From Laetmonice hystrix (Eukaryota): a stretch of 64,000 nt of DNA. The notes beneath the pieces are model-generated. The model was not told the DNA's origin and searched no databases. It saw only the letters and a program-made list of their open reading frames with translations. The stretch covers positions 29,326,001 through 29,390,000 of the forward strand of contig OZ249444.1 in NCBI GenBank assembly GCA_965235115.1. The letters are read 5' to 3'. The translations under genes were made by a program, and so were the position numbers. This document shows, piece after piece, positions 1 through 13,396 of this stretch (its first letter is position 1; each line of letters begins with the position of its first letter).

Positions 1-135
1 TTTTCATCATTTTACACTCATTATTCAACCTCAACAAAATTTCAAAAAGGCAGTCATAATTATGATACTTGCATGCTCGTAATTAAAGTTTTAAACTACT
101 TGAATATGATTCAACAAAATTTAAACTTTACTTAC

Positions 136-3100
136 CGTCATCTGAACTTCCCCGCTTGCTGAGTCTTCTCTTGTTCCAATTACGGAGTCCATCTTCTATC
201 CGTTTGCGAGCACTCAAGAGACTCATGGTTGCCTGGCTTGCAGCTTTAAAAGACATCCGACCTTTGGGACGAGAACTGTGGCCTTGACTTTGACTTCCTG
301 ACCCTATGGGCAAACTGCCTGTACTTGCTGACCCATGGGACATCCCGTTCACTTGTCCATCTGGCCTTTCTTGTCTTTCATGTTTTTCATGTTTCTCATG
401 TTTTTCATGCTTCTCATGTTTCTCGTGTTTTTCATGTTTTTCATGCCTTTCAGACTTTTCATGCTTCTGTGCATCATTTTTTCTCGGCTCTACGATAGGT
501 GTTTCGCATGAGGAGTCATCATCATGGTCTGATTTTGTGGCTCTCTTCCAAGCTGAAGAAATTAATATTTCATGTAGCTATAGTTTAAATCGCTCATTAA
601 TGTATTATAGTTCTATAATTCCATACTGTAAGGACATCCTTCAAAGTAAAGAATCATGCATTTTACCGAAGATTGAAAGGTTGAGTGTCTCGTATATCGG
701 TAATGGTGTAATAACTGAAGTTGAATCTAGTGAATTTACCTACGACGTCAAAATAATGTCAGGGCCCAGTCTTTCACAAATTCTCAACTTGAGTAAAGCT
801 TACTCAAAGCTAAAGTAAAATAACAGGTTTATGATTGGCTGGTCTGCTTATTTTACTTAAGTATGCTTTACTCAAGTTGAGAATATTTGAAAAGGTAGGC
901 CAAGGAGTTTATGTAGAACTGGTTCACTTACCAATATTAAACTTGGAAAATTTTCGTTTTGGCGTACTAGACCCTGAAGGGGGGTCTTCCTCGTTGGCGG
1001 ACATGCTCACTCGGGGACTAAGTTTGTCTGCGTGGAGAGATGAAGCATCCTCCAGGATTTCAGAGTCGCTGGCACCCCCATATAGTGGAAGAACCTGCTG
1101 GGGGAAAGACTGAAACAGCCAGAGTAAATAAACTCTGAATAATTTTAGTTTAACGTTTTCATCCTTGAGTTTTAATCCATGTTGTTTTTCTACACCCGAC
1201 TCCAAACTCTTACTCCCAGCTCTCAGACTTCTTAAAGTCACCTATACTCATCCCTCGCCTGGGCCCTAATCCTAACTCCTACTCCCAGCTCTCCTAAAGT
1301 AACCTATACTCATCCCTCGCCTGGGCCCTAATCCTAACTCCTACTCCCAGCTCTCAGACTTCCTAAAGTAACCTATCCTCATCCCTCGCCTGGGCCCTAA
1401 TCCCGACTCCTACTCCCAGCTCTCAGACTTCTTAAAGTAACCTACACTCATCCCTCGCCTGGGCCCTAATCCCAACTCCTACTCCCAGCTCTCAGACTTC
1501 CTAAAGTAACCTATACTCATCCCTCGCCTGGGCCCTAATCCTAACTCCTACTCCCAGCTCTCAGACTTCTTAAAGTAACCTATACTCATCCCTCGCCTGG
1601 GCCCTAATCCCAACTCCTACTCCCAGCTCTCAGACTTCCTAAAGTAACCTATACTCATCCCTCGCCTGGTCCCAAATCCTAACTCCTACTCCCAGCTCTC
1701 AGACTTCCTAAAGTAACCTATCTTCATCCCTCGCCTGGGCCCTAATCCCAACTCCTACTCCCAGCTCTCAGACTTCCTAAGGTAACCTATCCTCATCCCT
1801 CACCTGGGCCCTAATCCTAACTCCTACTCCCAGCTCTCAGACTTCTTAAAGTAACCTATACTCATCCCTCGCCTGGGCCCTAATCCTAACTCCTACTCCC
1901 AGCTCTCAGACTTCCTAAAGTAACCTATCCTCATCCCTCGCTGGGCCCTAATCCCAACTCCTACTCCCAGCTCTCAGACTTCCTAAAGTAACCTATCCTC
2001 ATCCCTCACCTGGGCCCTAATCCTAACTCCTACTCCCAGCTCTCAGACTTCCTAAAGTAACCTATCCTCATCCCTCACCTGGGCCCTAATCCCAACTCCT
2101 TCTCCCAGCTCTCAGACTTCCTAAAGTAACCTATACTCATCCCTCGCCTGGGCCCTAATCCTAACTCCTACTCCCAGCTCTCAGACTTCTTAAAGTAACC
2201 TATCCTCATCCCTCGCCTGGGCCCTAATCCCAACTCCTTCTCCCAGCTTTCAGACTTCCTAAAGTAACCTATACTCATCCCTCGCCTGGGCCCTAATCCC
2301 AACTCCTACTCCCAGCTCTCAGACTTCCTAAAGTAACCTATACTCATCCCTCGCCTGGGCCCTAATCCTAACTCCTACTCCCAGCTCTCAGACTTCCTAT
2401 TTAAAGTAACCTATACTCATCCCTCGCCTGGGCCCTAATCCTAACCCCTTTACACCTAGTTTTGTAGGAATGTTACTGTAGGGAGTAACCAAAAACACAG
2501 GTTAGTTACCTTTCTAGTTTTACGTTTGAAGAGAGACCTCCGTGATTTGGCTGTTGATGAGTCGTCTGAGCCCATAGAATACTGCGAGCTTCGCAGGTCA
2601 CGTTCATCACCACTCTCTGAGGTCATCGAGAAGGTCCGTCTACATCAGCAAATAAATTCAAAAGTAAATTTTGTTTCAGTTTTAAGTTTCAAAACTGGGC
2701 CTTTACAGGAAAGTGCAATTTTAAGCAATTGTTTAAGGTGAAGCCAAACGAAGATCTGTCTAAGTGTTACAGGTGATGACCATACTATGTCCTACCAAGG
2801 CAAGGCATAAAATTAGAATAAATTGTACCTGATGATCTTAGTAGTTCGGGCATGTTTTTCTCGTGGTTTGGATCGATCAACTGCCTCAAGCAGTCCACTG
2901 AGGGCAACACGACGAAACGTACTACCACGTGTCTCCTTCACAAAGTTTAGAAACTGTCTGATGTCACAGTAAAGTGACTGAATATGGGAACAAGGAAAAA
3001 AATGTGAGTTAGATACAAAAATAATAAATTGATCATATAACATCTCTACTCAATTTAACACATGTATGGAGGAATTAACAAAAAAAGGAACCTTAACTTT

Positions 3101-6100
3101 GATAAAACTGTACACAATATTTCCAAACCACACAATAATTTGATGTGAAAATTCCAAGTCTACTTATCAGAACAATATTTGGAACCATAGAATTATACAT
3201 CCTAATTAAACTCCCATTGTTTCTGCTGAAACATGACAAAATACCCCACCTTACAATTTTAACTTAATGCCTTCACTCACAAGATTTTCATTGGTGTTGA
3301 GCTCTTTGCGAGCATCACAGAAGCGTGTCGTCAATGGTTTCAGGATCTGAGTGATGATAATACTATCCACTGTTGTTGGGGAACCAAGAGGTTCCCCAAA
3401 ATTATTGGAATAGGGCGTTTTACCCCCAGACATCCCCTCTTGTGTACCCTTCTTAGAACCTTGAAATACAACAGTAAAATACGCCAGATAAATTAACTTT
3501 TCCACCAATATCTTGTAAACAATCTTACAATTACAAAAAAATCTTTTTCCTTAAAAAAATTAGAAGTTTCTGTATTCCAACTTTGATAATATACCATGAA
3601 TAAGGGTGAATAAGACTGTAATCTAGACATGCACTGAGGGAGCAAGTTAGAATGAGCCAACTTACCCGAGCCAAACCCAAGCGGAGATGTAGCACCGAGA
3701 CCAGGGTCGACACAGAAAGCCAGCAGAGCATGGAGAAAGTCCACGATATCCTGTAGAGGTTGCTTGATCAACAAACCCATTATGAATTTACGAAACTGTG
3801 GCTTGTTGATCTTATGAAGTCGCATCAAACAGTTAGTGCCCTGAATGCGCAGGTGTTCGCCAACAGTACCACGGAAGCTGTCTGTCCCAGTACAGCCATG
3901 TGGGCAGCCAATCGTTTTGAAGACCCTGCATTCAAGCAAATAAAGAATATCAAAATTTTCCTGGCTGGAAATGTAGGGTTAGAAAATATACATGTATGTG
4001 CGGTTAACTACTAGCTATGCTTACTGCCCAGTCATGCTGAAATGTGAGCCTTCAATGGTAATGACAAAATAAAATTCTATGACTTTTTAACTCCCCTTTT
4101 TAAAATTTTACTCCCTTTTTGATGAACCTGTTCCTGGACAAACATCCATCTTGAAGGCCACATTTTCCAGGCCTTGAAATATTGTAAAGCTTTAATTGTT
4201 TTACTAAATAATATAGGACACAGTAAAAGTATGGATTTTATATGTCTCTCTACACACTTCCTTCCTTTGGCTCCTGATTCCTGCCCCATGTACCTCGTTT
4301 TCAATCTATGGTGCAATCATGGAGTTCACTTCCTTACCTCATGACTGTCTTCATCGCAATATTGTGGCAGGTTCTCTTCTGTTCCTTCTTTCTCTTGTCT
4401 TCGGTTTTTTTCTCCTCCTTTCCATCTATTTTCCCTTCCATCTGTTTCCTATCCTCTTTGAGACTATGACTTTCCACTTTCTTTCCTGCCTTGGAAGGTT
4501 TATATTTCTCGATGACGCCAATGTCAAGGAGACAGTTGAGAAGGTTAAGGATAACGCCACACACGCGTGGTGTGCAGTCATGGGTAGAAACCTCCAACAC
4601 TGCTTGTAGAACCACTTGATAATTCAGCTGACCATCACTCTGTTAAAAAAGGATACATAAAACTTAATAGGAATCAAAGGAAAGGAGTTACTGCAAAATC
4701 AGGACTTTTTCCTCTTATTAACAGTCTTGAAATTTAAACAATAAAATTACCTTGATATAATGTATTGAGCCTGGAACTTCCTCCCCCTCCTCCCCCTGTT
4801 TGTAAGAGATATTTGAATCTGTCAGACTGCGCTGCAAGGTCAAAGGTCGATGGCCATCTGAGCGACTGGAGCGGTCTGATATGATACTCTCCCGCTTACT
4901 CATCCATGAGGGGCTGGGGGTCGGGTCCGGACTGTCCTCTGTAATCGTAATGATTGGTTTTTGTAGGAGTTCAGGTTTGAGACTCATTGTTCGCGTGACT
5001 GTATCTTTTGTCAGTAGAGGGCGCTTTCCAGAGCTACTATCTTCATCATCCTCGTCTTCACCAGGAACATATTTCTGTGACCTTCTCAGAGCTGGCATGC
5101 TTTTACGTCGGCCTAACTCTGAGGTGGAGTCCCCACTTTCGGATCGGTCTTCTCCATAACTATCTTCTTCATTTTCGGCGAGTTTGGAAAGTGCTGAATC
5201 TGGATGGTGAGGTTTCACTTCCCCTCCATTGAGAGCCAAGTGGTTGAAATCTGGCGATGATCTCCCAGACTCGTCCTTGTATGACTTGGAGGAGTGTGAG
5301 TCAGAAACATCAAACTGTTCAGAACTTTCGCGCCTTCGCAACTGCTTTGCTTTTCCCTCAAAGAGCTGTTTAAGTTCTGTGACACGCATGCGTTTTGAGG
5401 CAGGCTCTTTACGGTGTTCTTGTGTGTGTGTCGGATTAAGGCTCTCACGCCTCGACAGTGAGTCTTCGCCCTGTCTCAGTGTGGGACTTGGCGGGGAGGG
5501 TGGCGTTGGGCTCCGGCATGGTGTTATCAAGGATGATACCACCTCAGGGGTCGGTAGCGACTTGCTCCGTTCGCGCGTGTACTCAACCCTGTTAAGTTCA
5601 TCACACACCTCTAAGAGGCGCTGGTGTATATATCGAAGGGCCCAGTACACACCCTCCTCAGGCCACTGGGGACAGAACAAGCATCGGAGAACAGCAACAT
5701 CAAAGTAGGATGCACTGAGGAGGTCCGGCTGAGCGGGTCCTCGCAAGCCTTGCATCACCACGCTCTCCAGACGCTTGGCAATGTAATCTTTGTCAATTGG
5801 TGACCCAGGTTTAGGTGGAACAGCTGAGTGATGGCTAGTACGACGTACTCCACATTTACAAGACAACTCGCCATTCTTGTTCTGCATTATTTGGTTACAA
5901 ACTTCGCAGATGATCTCAACAGATGTAGATTGTGTGTCAGTGGTAGACAACGCACAGATGTCACTCATTCTGGCCAGTGGTGCATTGGGTGACGATGGTT
6001 CATTGCCACTGCATCGACTGGCAGGGAAACTCTCAGGCCCTAGGTAGATGTTTTCAGTAGACGTTCCCTTACCAACATAGATGTTTGCAGCATTAAAATT

Positions 6101-8738
6101 CACTCTTAACAGGTTCCTTGAAGCCTTAAGCATGTTTCGTTTTGGCTTTACTTGTGTTGAGAATGCTGGCACTTCTGGCTGGCGATACTCCCACAGCGGC
6201 TGCCACAGACGTAGGCCATTCTCTAACTTCAGAGTTTGAAAATCTCCTTCCCTCACTGAGCCAATCAGTGGGGCAAGGAGGTATACAAATAACTGGATGG
6301 CATCTAATGAATAGAAGTAATTCCTGGCCTGCACAGGCTTGCGGCCAAAGATCTTCTCATTTTCCAGGTCTTCACATTCTGATGCTGCATCCAGAATTGT
6401 CCAGTGTAGCGTGTAAAGGAGTTTTGTTTCATTGGAGTCAAACTTGCTGTCTGGATTGTTCTGAAGCAAATACAATTTAATTCAAATACCACATAATTCC
6501 AGAAGAAAATAAATTGATCAGTAGATTTCATTATTGACCTTTCTGAAATGAAACAAGACTTATTCTCTATGAAATATGACAATCAATCTGGAGAATTCAA
6601 ATTTTCACAGAAATTTCTCACTTACCAATTTTCTGTTCGTGAGTACAACAGTACAGGCATGGATGATGTGTGGGAATGCAGCCTGGATGAGTTTCCACCG
6701 TGATATGCTGTGGATAGCTTCACATAGTGATGGTGACAGGCCATCAAGGATGTTCTGCACCAACACTCTCTCAAACGACTGAAAATATGAGAGGGGACAT
6801 TATAACGGTCTGCAAAATAATCCTAGAACTTATAACAGACACGGTTCATCTCTGAATAAATCCTCACCTCATCTGTTTTCAACTACATGTACTGGTACAA
6901 CTGATTAATTGGTCCAACCTGATTTGCAATATACGTGTATTATGATGAACAAGAAGATAATGAGTCGCCACTTTACATAATTTTCCTTTGCCAAAAAAGT
7001 TCAAATACTGCAAAATATCATGAACTTCCCATTTATTCTCTAATCTCTATTAGCACATTCATGCTGCATCGCTGCTGCACTGAATGCCAGTTGCTTGCAG
7101 GAAAGTCCTCTCCCTCACAGAATTAATTATTCACATTATGTTACCTGTCATCTACCTCCAGTACGGAGGGCTACTCCTGTATGTGTGTTGGATGGGACGT
7201 CAATACAGACTGCCATAAACTACAGTTTACCTGTGTTAGTTACAAATATCAATCCACTGGCTAGCTTTTACCCTCTAGAGATGACAGTTCCTTCTGCAGT
7301 GCTGGAACTTAACATTTATACCAACAAGCCAGTTGGGCTTGTACCTTGAATAAGTAACTAGCCTGACTAGAACTCACTAGCCCAACAATCAAAATGGAAA
7401 ATAACAAAAAACTCTCCTATAAACAAGAAAAAAAAACACATGTGGAAATGATTTACATGTTTAAATAATAAATAATCACAGCTTGAATCTAGAGTTTAGT
7501 ATCAATAGGACTAATTGGCTGATCAAGATGGTTAAGAGGGAGAAGGTTTGAGAATATCCTCGCATCATCCAAAGTTTTCACTACCTTTAAATTTTCTAAT
7601 TTAAAAAAGAAAAATTAAAAATATTTTTACAGGGTTTCCCACTAAAAAGAAGATTTTTATCAACAGTTACATTAAGAACTCACCACACATGATGCATCAC
7701 ACTGTTTCACCGGTTTACCCCGGATGAACGGACTGAAAAAGAACAATCCATACATACAGAACTAAGTAATTTCAGTAATTACAAGCAGGGGGGATATATC
7801 TACGCCATAATACTTATCAGAATATTCTAGACCTGTCTTACTATAATTCTGTGTAAATTTACATTAAAGTGTCAAGGCAGACTGAGAAATTCAGAGTTTG
7901 ACAAAATTCATTTTAATTAGTTTTTTGGGGGGGAATTTTTTTTTTTTCAAAGAGTGGACTGCCTCAATTATTTTATTTCAACCCTCATGGCAAAATATGT
8001 TATTGATTTCACATGAGACTAATTATTTATTTCCAGATACTAATAAAAAAATTATTTATTTCGGGCATAGCCTGGGGGAATTGATTTATTTCACCAATTT
8101 TCCACCAGAAATTATTTATTTCCAAGAACACCCAGCCCCCCCCCCCCCCCCCCCCCCAATGGTCGCCCCCTGACTTATATAGTGGCGCAGACGCAGTGGG
8201 CCTGTATTCTAGAAATGACGGCTATTTTATACAGCGGGTCGATAGCCAATGAAAATTTAATTACCGCTGTGTTACACACGTGCGAGTCGCACAAGACAAA
8301 ATTTCGCGCCGAGCGTTCGTATGTTACGTAATCACTGGTAATGTTATGGTGCGTCTATTAATAGACCGTGATTCGATCCCATTAAAAACAGCGCCACGCT
8401 CGGCCCTCGGCCGGGGCCCGGGCCTTGATCCATGCCGCCGCCCCGCACTGGATCTCCGCCACTTCACGATCATCATGTTCTAGCTAGGCTGTACAGCGTC
8501 GGAATACGATGAACTGGGGAAAGGCCTTCAATTTACCAGTGTCGAGAGATTAGTGAGGGAGGTTTGCCTACGGGCCGCATCACGGCCGTACGGGCGGATG
8601 GCAGCAGCCGCAGCAGCCGCAGCAGCCAGCCGCCCATGCTTACCTGACTTGTCGCCAGAGGAAGACTTGGATCGCCAGTGGTACCGTCGTTTGGTCGCCG
8701 TCCGTGTCGTTCCCATCAACCGTCTTGCGTTTCACCAT
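136..8738 (-). CDS. UNC80: Protein unc-80 homolog (NALCN channelosome subunit), 5' part; gene continues beyond the left edge
   Basis: Minus-strand exons 8644-8738 (MVKRKTVDGNDTDGDQTTVPLAIQVFLWRQV), 7684-7732 (SPFIRGKPVKQCDASCV), 6626-6778 (SFERVLVQNILDGLSPSLCEAIHSISRWKLIQAAFPHIIHAC), 4751-6460 (..ETKLLYTLHWTILDAASEC..), 4338-4639, 3666-3925, 3281-3459, 2829-2977, 2510-2639, 932-1109, 136-552. All GT-AG and phase-consistent (~1207 codons). The N-terminus matches the recognisable UNC80 start (MVKRK..PLPIQTFLWRQTS..SFERVLV..LLHTLHW). Confidence 0.95.
365..470 (-). repeat. Coding 9-bp repeat encoding (HEK)n in unc-80 exon 136-552
   Basis: Plus strand (ttttcatgt/ttctcatgt/ttctcatgc)n. Minus-strand reading is KHEKSERHEKHEKHEKHEKHEKHEKHEKHERQER. 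Confidence 0.85.
1205..2447. repeat. 69-bp minisatellite, ~18 copies, in an unc-80 intron
   Basis: Unit cctaactcctactcccagctctcagacttcctaaagtaacctatactcatccctcgcctgggccctaat. Period measured 1461->1530. Each unit contains CCCTAA. Confidence 0.97.
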
Positions 8739-9528
8739 CTTTGCGTTCTTATATCCCAGTTATTGGGATCATGCTAAAGTGATATGATGTTTTGAATCGC
8801 CGACGTTTCGGCAAATAGCCTGGCGTTCGATACCATTGCATACGGTCCGGCTGCTGCGATCTTCGCCTCGCAGAGCGCAATGGCGACTTACGGTATTTAC
8901 ATATTGAACTTTGACCTTCATCACTTTCGTACTGCCTCCTCCCGCTAGAGGTCAGTGCAATCTGTATTGTCTCGAGTTTTGCTATTTCAAACTATTTCAT
9001 CTGAAAGCAGATATGACCGGTATCTATCTAGGCTTCATAAATATTACAATAAAAAGGACGATATAGGTTCACTGGGCATTAGAGGGTGGGGGGAAGGGGG
9101 CGACCTCCTTGGTTAAAATAAATAAATACCTGAATAAGCAAATAGACAAAACAACGACGTCTAAGATATTTTAATATAATACAACTTTATTATCACATTT
9201 CCTACATATGGCTTACAAACATACATGTTTGGATTTAATACATGTCTATATACACGTCTGCCCCTAAAAGCACATTATTTACAACATACACACCTGTAGG
9301 AATATAGCTTATAATGCTGAAACCTACTCATAATTTCCCCACCTTATCTTGACACATCCTGTGAAATATGCTCACGTGTACATAACATATTTATTTGTCT
9401 CGTCTGCACAGATTTGATCTCTCGTCTCAAAGAGTGAACATTTCATACCCTCAGCATACATACCAAATAACCCCCCCCCCCCAAATCCATCCTTGTTCAC
9501 TCAATTTTTCATCCATCAGATGTTAATA

Positions 9529-9817
9529 CAGGGTTCCACAGTCATGAAAAATTAAATTTGGCTTTCCAGTCATGGAAAATTAGAAAAACGAGGGGAAATC
9601 GTGGAAAAGTCATGGAATTTGCGATTCTCTGAAACCAGATTTTTGTTTCGGTTAGGCCTAAATTATCAAGTTCCACGACGCCCTAGGGGACAATTCTCGG
9701 ATTTTAGTGTATTTTATTAATTTTATCTGGAATTGGTCCTGAAATTTGGGCGTTCTGGTCTTGCAAAATCGAAGAAAAGTCATGAAATTTCAATAAAGCC
9801 AATCTGTGGGAACCCTG
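9529..9817. mobile_element. Non-autonomous TIR element (MITE) with TA target duplication
   Basis: TA|CAGGGTTCCACAG ... CTGTGGGAACCCTG|TA; ~289 bp, no ORF, internal repeated gtcatggaaa motifs. Confidence 0.8.
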
Positions 9818-10069
9818 TAACATTCACACGCTTTCCCCCTTTTCCAGAATCAACTTATATTTGGTGAATTCCAATCTGACATATTGCCTTCCTTTATTTT
9901 TTTAAATCCGATAAAATAATGTCAGATCAATCCATAAAATTACCACCGACTACTGGTTTGCATAATCATTCTACATTATATTTTTCCCGTAATCTGCGAC
10001 AACAAATAAAAGATGCTCTCATAAGTTCATTGGTGACATGTTTTCCCATGATAACAATCATATAAAATT

Positions 10070-10275
10070 ATGGGTTAGGTCAGGGTCAGGGCTACGGAAC
10101 GGGATAATTTGGGAGCCAGGCTTACAGGTTTAGGGACAAAGGTAGGGTTAGTTCTAGGGATAATTTGGGGGCCTAGCTAAGGCATTAGGGTTAGAGATAG
10201 GGGAAGGGACAGGGCTAAGGTTAGGGATGGGGTACTTTGGATGCTTAGTTTAGGGAGTGGGGCTAGGGACAGGGA
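10070..10275 (+). repeat. Degenerate TTAGGG-like tract
   Basis: G-rich run of gggttagg/ttaggg/cagggcta variants. Confidence 0.6.
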
Positions 10276-11674
10276 CTTTACTTCTGACCAGATCCCGTCT
10301 TTGGTGACAGATTATAATGTCTCTCGTTCATTAAAATATTTTAAAATTCCTCCCTTGTTTCTTCAGTTCTTCACAAAAGTTTCTTATGTACATTGCCCAT
10401 ACAGAGGTAACACTTTGCCCTAGGGTTATGGCCTGTTCTACCTTTCTCACCAAGTCAACTGGCGACTCGCTGTTACTCTGATCTGAGAATACTGGAACAG
10501 GGCGAGACTGATTAAATGACCAGCAATAACCTTATCCAAGGTCACAAACTGCCATCACCTTCATAAGTTCATAGTACATGTTGTATAAGTACAATGTAAC
10601 TACCCAGACTGGGCGAGGGCCACTGCTGTGTCCCTTCAGGAACGATAATAAACCAATTGTACAAAATCTTTCCAAGTCTCACAGGATAAAAGAAATAAAT
10701 ATTGAATAAATGATGCACAGGAGTTTTGCTAACTCTAGACTTAATGGGAAAATTTCCTGGCCATATACATTGTAACATACCATAGATCTCTACCAAAAGT
10801 ACTGTGGGCCTCGACACTTGTTTTCTAGGTATACGATAGGGGTACAGGCGAATTTTTAAGATATTAAATACTTCCATTCACTGATCGACATCCACATCTT
10901 CCTTGAAATCAACTTCGAACTTGTCGCAATCTCCTACAATTCTTGCTTGCAAATATTAAATTTCATTCCACTGAAATATCACAAGCCGCATAACCACTGT
11001 TGGTGTCAGCACATTAGATTATAATACTCTGGAGCACAAAGGCCTGTTAGGAGAGATCAACTTCATCATGAATTGCACGTTTCAGATGTTTTCAGTTCAC
11101 ACTTTGATGCATACTTCCCTTCCATAACACTTGTAACAATATTTCTCTGCATTCCCTCGACCGTCAAGCATTGAGCTAGGCTGAATCTGCCCATCTTTCA
11201 AGTGTTCTCTGAGCTGAGATGTTCACCGTTCACTGGGTGCGTACACCTCAGTTAATGATCATTCCCAGATACTGAGCTGGTGTCGCGGCTAACATTACAT
11301 CACATAATATCATCAGACCAATACAAGTTAACATTTTGCACTTTAGATCACACTTTGCACTTTATGGCCGATCTCTTTCCCCCTCATTTTTTAGGGCACT
11401 AAGCTCAGTCAATTCTTGTCTACATTGCCCAAGGAATCTGTGTAGAAATATACTTAGCACTGGCTTCTGGGTTTCAAGATTTGAATGGGATGTGTAGAAT
11501 TTCAAGTTCTACTTGTGGGCGACACTGCTACCCATGTCCTCATTTAGCCATTTTATTACATTATTATCTCAGTATACATGCCGCTCCACGAGCTTATGTG
11601 GCCGTTTAATGCTAGAATGTTGGTGATAAGGTTCCCAAACACCAACGTAACAGTGGTTAGTGTCTGAGCAGCAT

Positions 11675-12437
11675 ACAGTGTACGTTTGGGTTTGCTAACG
11701 GTGTACGTTAGGGTTTGCTAACAGTGTACGTTTGGGTTTGCTAACAGTGTACGTTTGGGTTTGATAACAGTATACGCTTGGGTTTGCTAACGGTGTACGT
11801 TAGGGTTTGCTAACAGTGTACGTTAGGGTTTGGTAACAGTGTACGTTTGGGTTTGGTAACAGTGTACGTTTGGGTTTGCTAACAGTGTACGTTAGGGTTT
11901 GCTAACAGTGTACGTTAGGGTTTGGTAATGGTGTACGTTAGGGTTTGGTAACAGTGTACGTTAGGGTTTGGTAACAGTGTACGTTTGGGTTTGGTAACAG
12001 TGTACGTTTGGGTTTGCTAACAGTGTACGTTAGGGTTTGCTAACAGTGTACGTTAGGGTTTGCTAACAGTGTACGTTAGGGTTTGGTAATGGTGTACGTT
12101 AGGGTTTGGTAACAGTGTACGTTAGGGTTTGGTAACGGTGTACGTTAGGGTTTGGTAACAGTGTACGTTAGGGTTTGGTAACGGTGTACGTTTGGGTTTG
12201 GTAACAGTGTACGTTAGGGTTTGCTAACAGTGTACGTTAGGGTTTGGTAATGGTGTACGTTAGGGTTTGCTAACAGTGTACGTTAGGGTTTGGTAACGGT
12301 GTACGTTTGGGTTTGCTAACAGTGTACGTTAGGGTTTGGTAACAGTGTACGTTTGGGTTTGGTAACAGTGTACGTTTGGGTTTGGTAACAGTGTACGTTT
12401 GGGTTTGGTAACAGTGTACGTTTGGGTTTGGTAACAG
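11675..12437. repeat. 23-bp minisatellite, ~33 copies, many units carrying TTAGGG
   Basis: Unit acagtgtacgtt(a/t)gggtttg(c/g)ta. Confidence 0.97.
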
Positions 12438-13396
12438 CAATGGAGAGAAGAACGGGGAAAATTACTTTCCGTTACAAATATGACTACGTGTCCCACAGTA
12501 AGCAGCCAAGTTAGAGTGCATTTCCAGGAATTTTTCCTTTTTAATAAATACCAATATACCTTTTTTCAAGTAAACATCATGAACTCAAGAATTAAAATAA
12601 TGTATCTTGTTCATGAGGTAATTCATCTTATTACTAAAATTTAAAACTAAACTTGATAAAGATGTTTCATTTGTACTTCATTTTTCACAGTCTTTTTCAC
12701 TATGCAAAGAGTAGTCCACCGAATTCCCTTGAAAATTTAGCTCCATGGTCCATGAGATCCACTTGCCACTGATTACTAGTCGCTAGTCCCGTGGAGAATT
12801 GAGGTTGTCAATCATCTTGCCACACTTGTGACTCCTCGCCGATTTTTTGTCATTTTTATGTGAGACAATTTAAATGTAAAGTTTCACTATTCACATATAC
12901 ACACCCGAGTTAATACTGCAATCTGCACGCTAATCAGATCCTTATTGAAGACAACAAATTCATATAAAAAAGTTTGTTTCACAAAAGTTCTGTGGAAGAA
13001 CCTACTTTTTTAAGGCCAGCCCCACTGGATCAGATATGCAAGTTTGCATATATGAACATGTATAAAGATGACAAAGAGGCCTTAGTAAAAGTAAAACACA
13101 ATAATATTAATTATGACTCCGTCAAGGGCACACACAGTTCATGGGTCACAAGCTCTCTACAGAACACCAGTACTGCTATATAGCTACATCCACAATATTA
13201 GGGTGCACTTCAAAGGCAAAATCAAAGTAGTCCTTTAAAATTTCCCATACACAATGTTTAACACACACACAATAGAGGTACATACAATGACCGAACTGAA
13301 ACCAACCAAGTAACATCAGACCATGTCACCACTGACCATATATTATCAATCTTAAATAACTTTTACTCCTCAAACATACCTTCCAAATCTTTCTCT

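Noticed and set aside
306-818. 170-aa plus-strand ORF with (CFS)n
   Set aside because: Antisense shadow of the unc-80 HEK-repeat exon.
1205-2447. 69-bp unc-80 intronic array as another splice-junction duplication
   Set aside because: The unit does not include either flanking junction (it lies ~60 nt from the donor and ~95 nt from the acceptor).
8528-8777. Poly-Ala ORFs near the unc-80 start
   Set aside because: Wrong frames or intron sequence; the true exon 1 is 8644-8738 in another frame.
11675-12437. CRISPR-like appearance of regular arrays (also 28441-29080 and 34996-35407)
   Set aside because: Head-to-tail units with no unique spacers, eukaryotic context and no cas genes.
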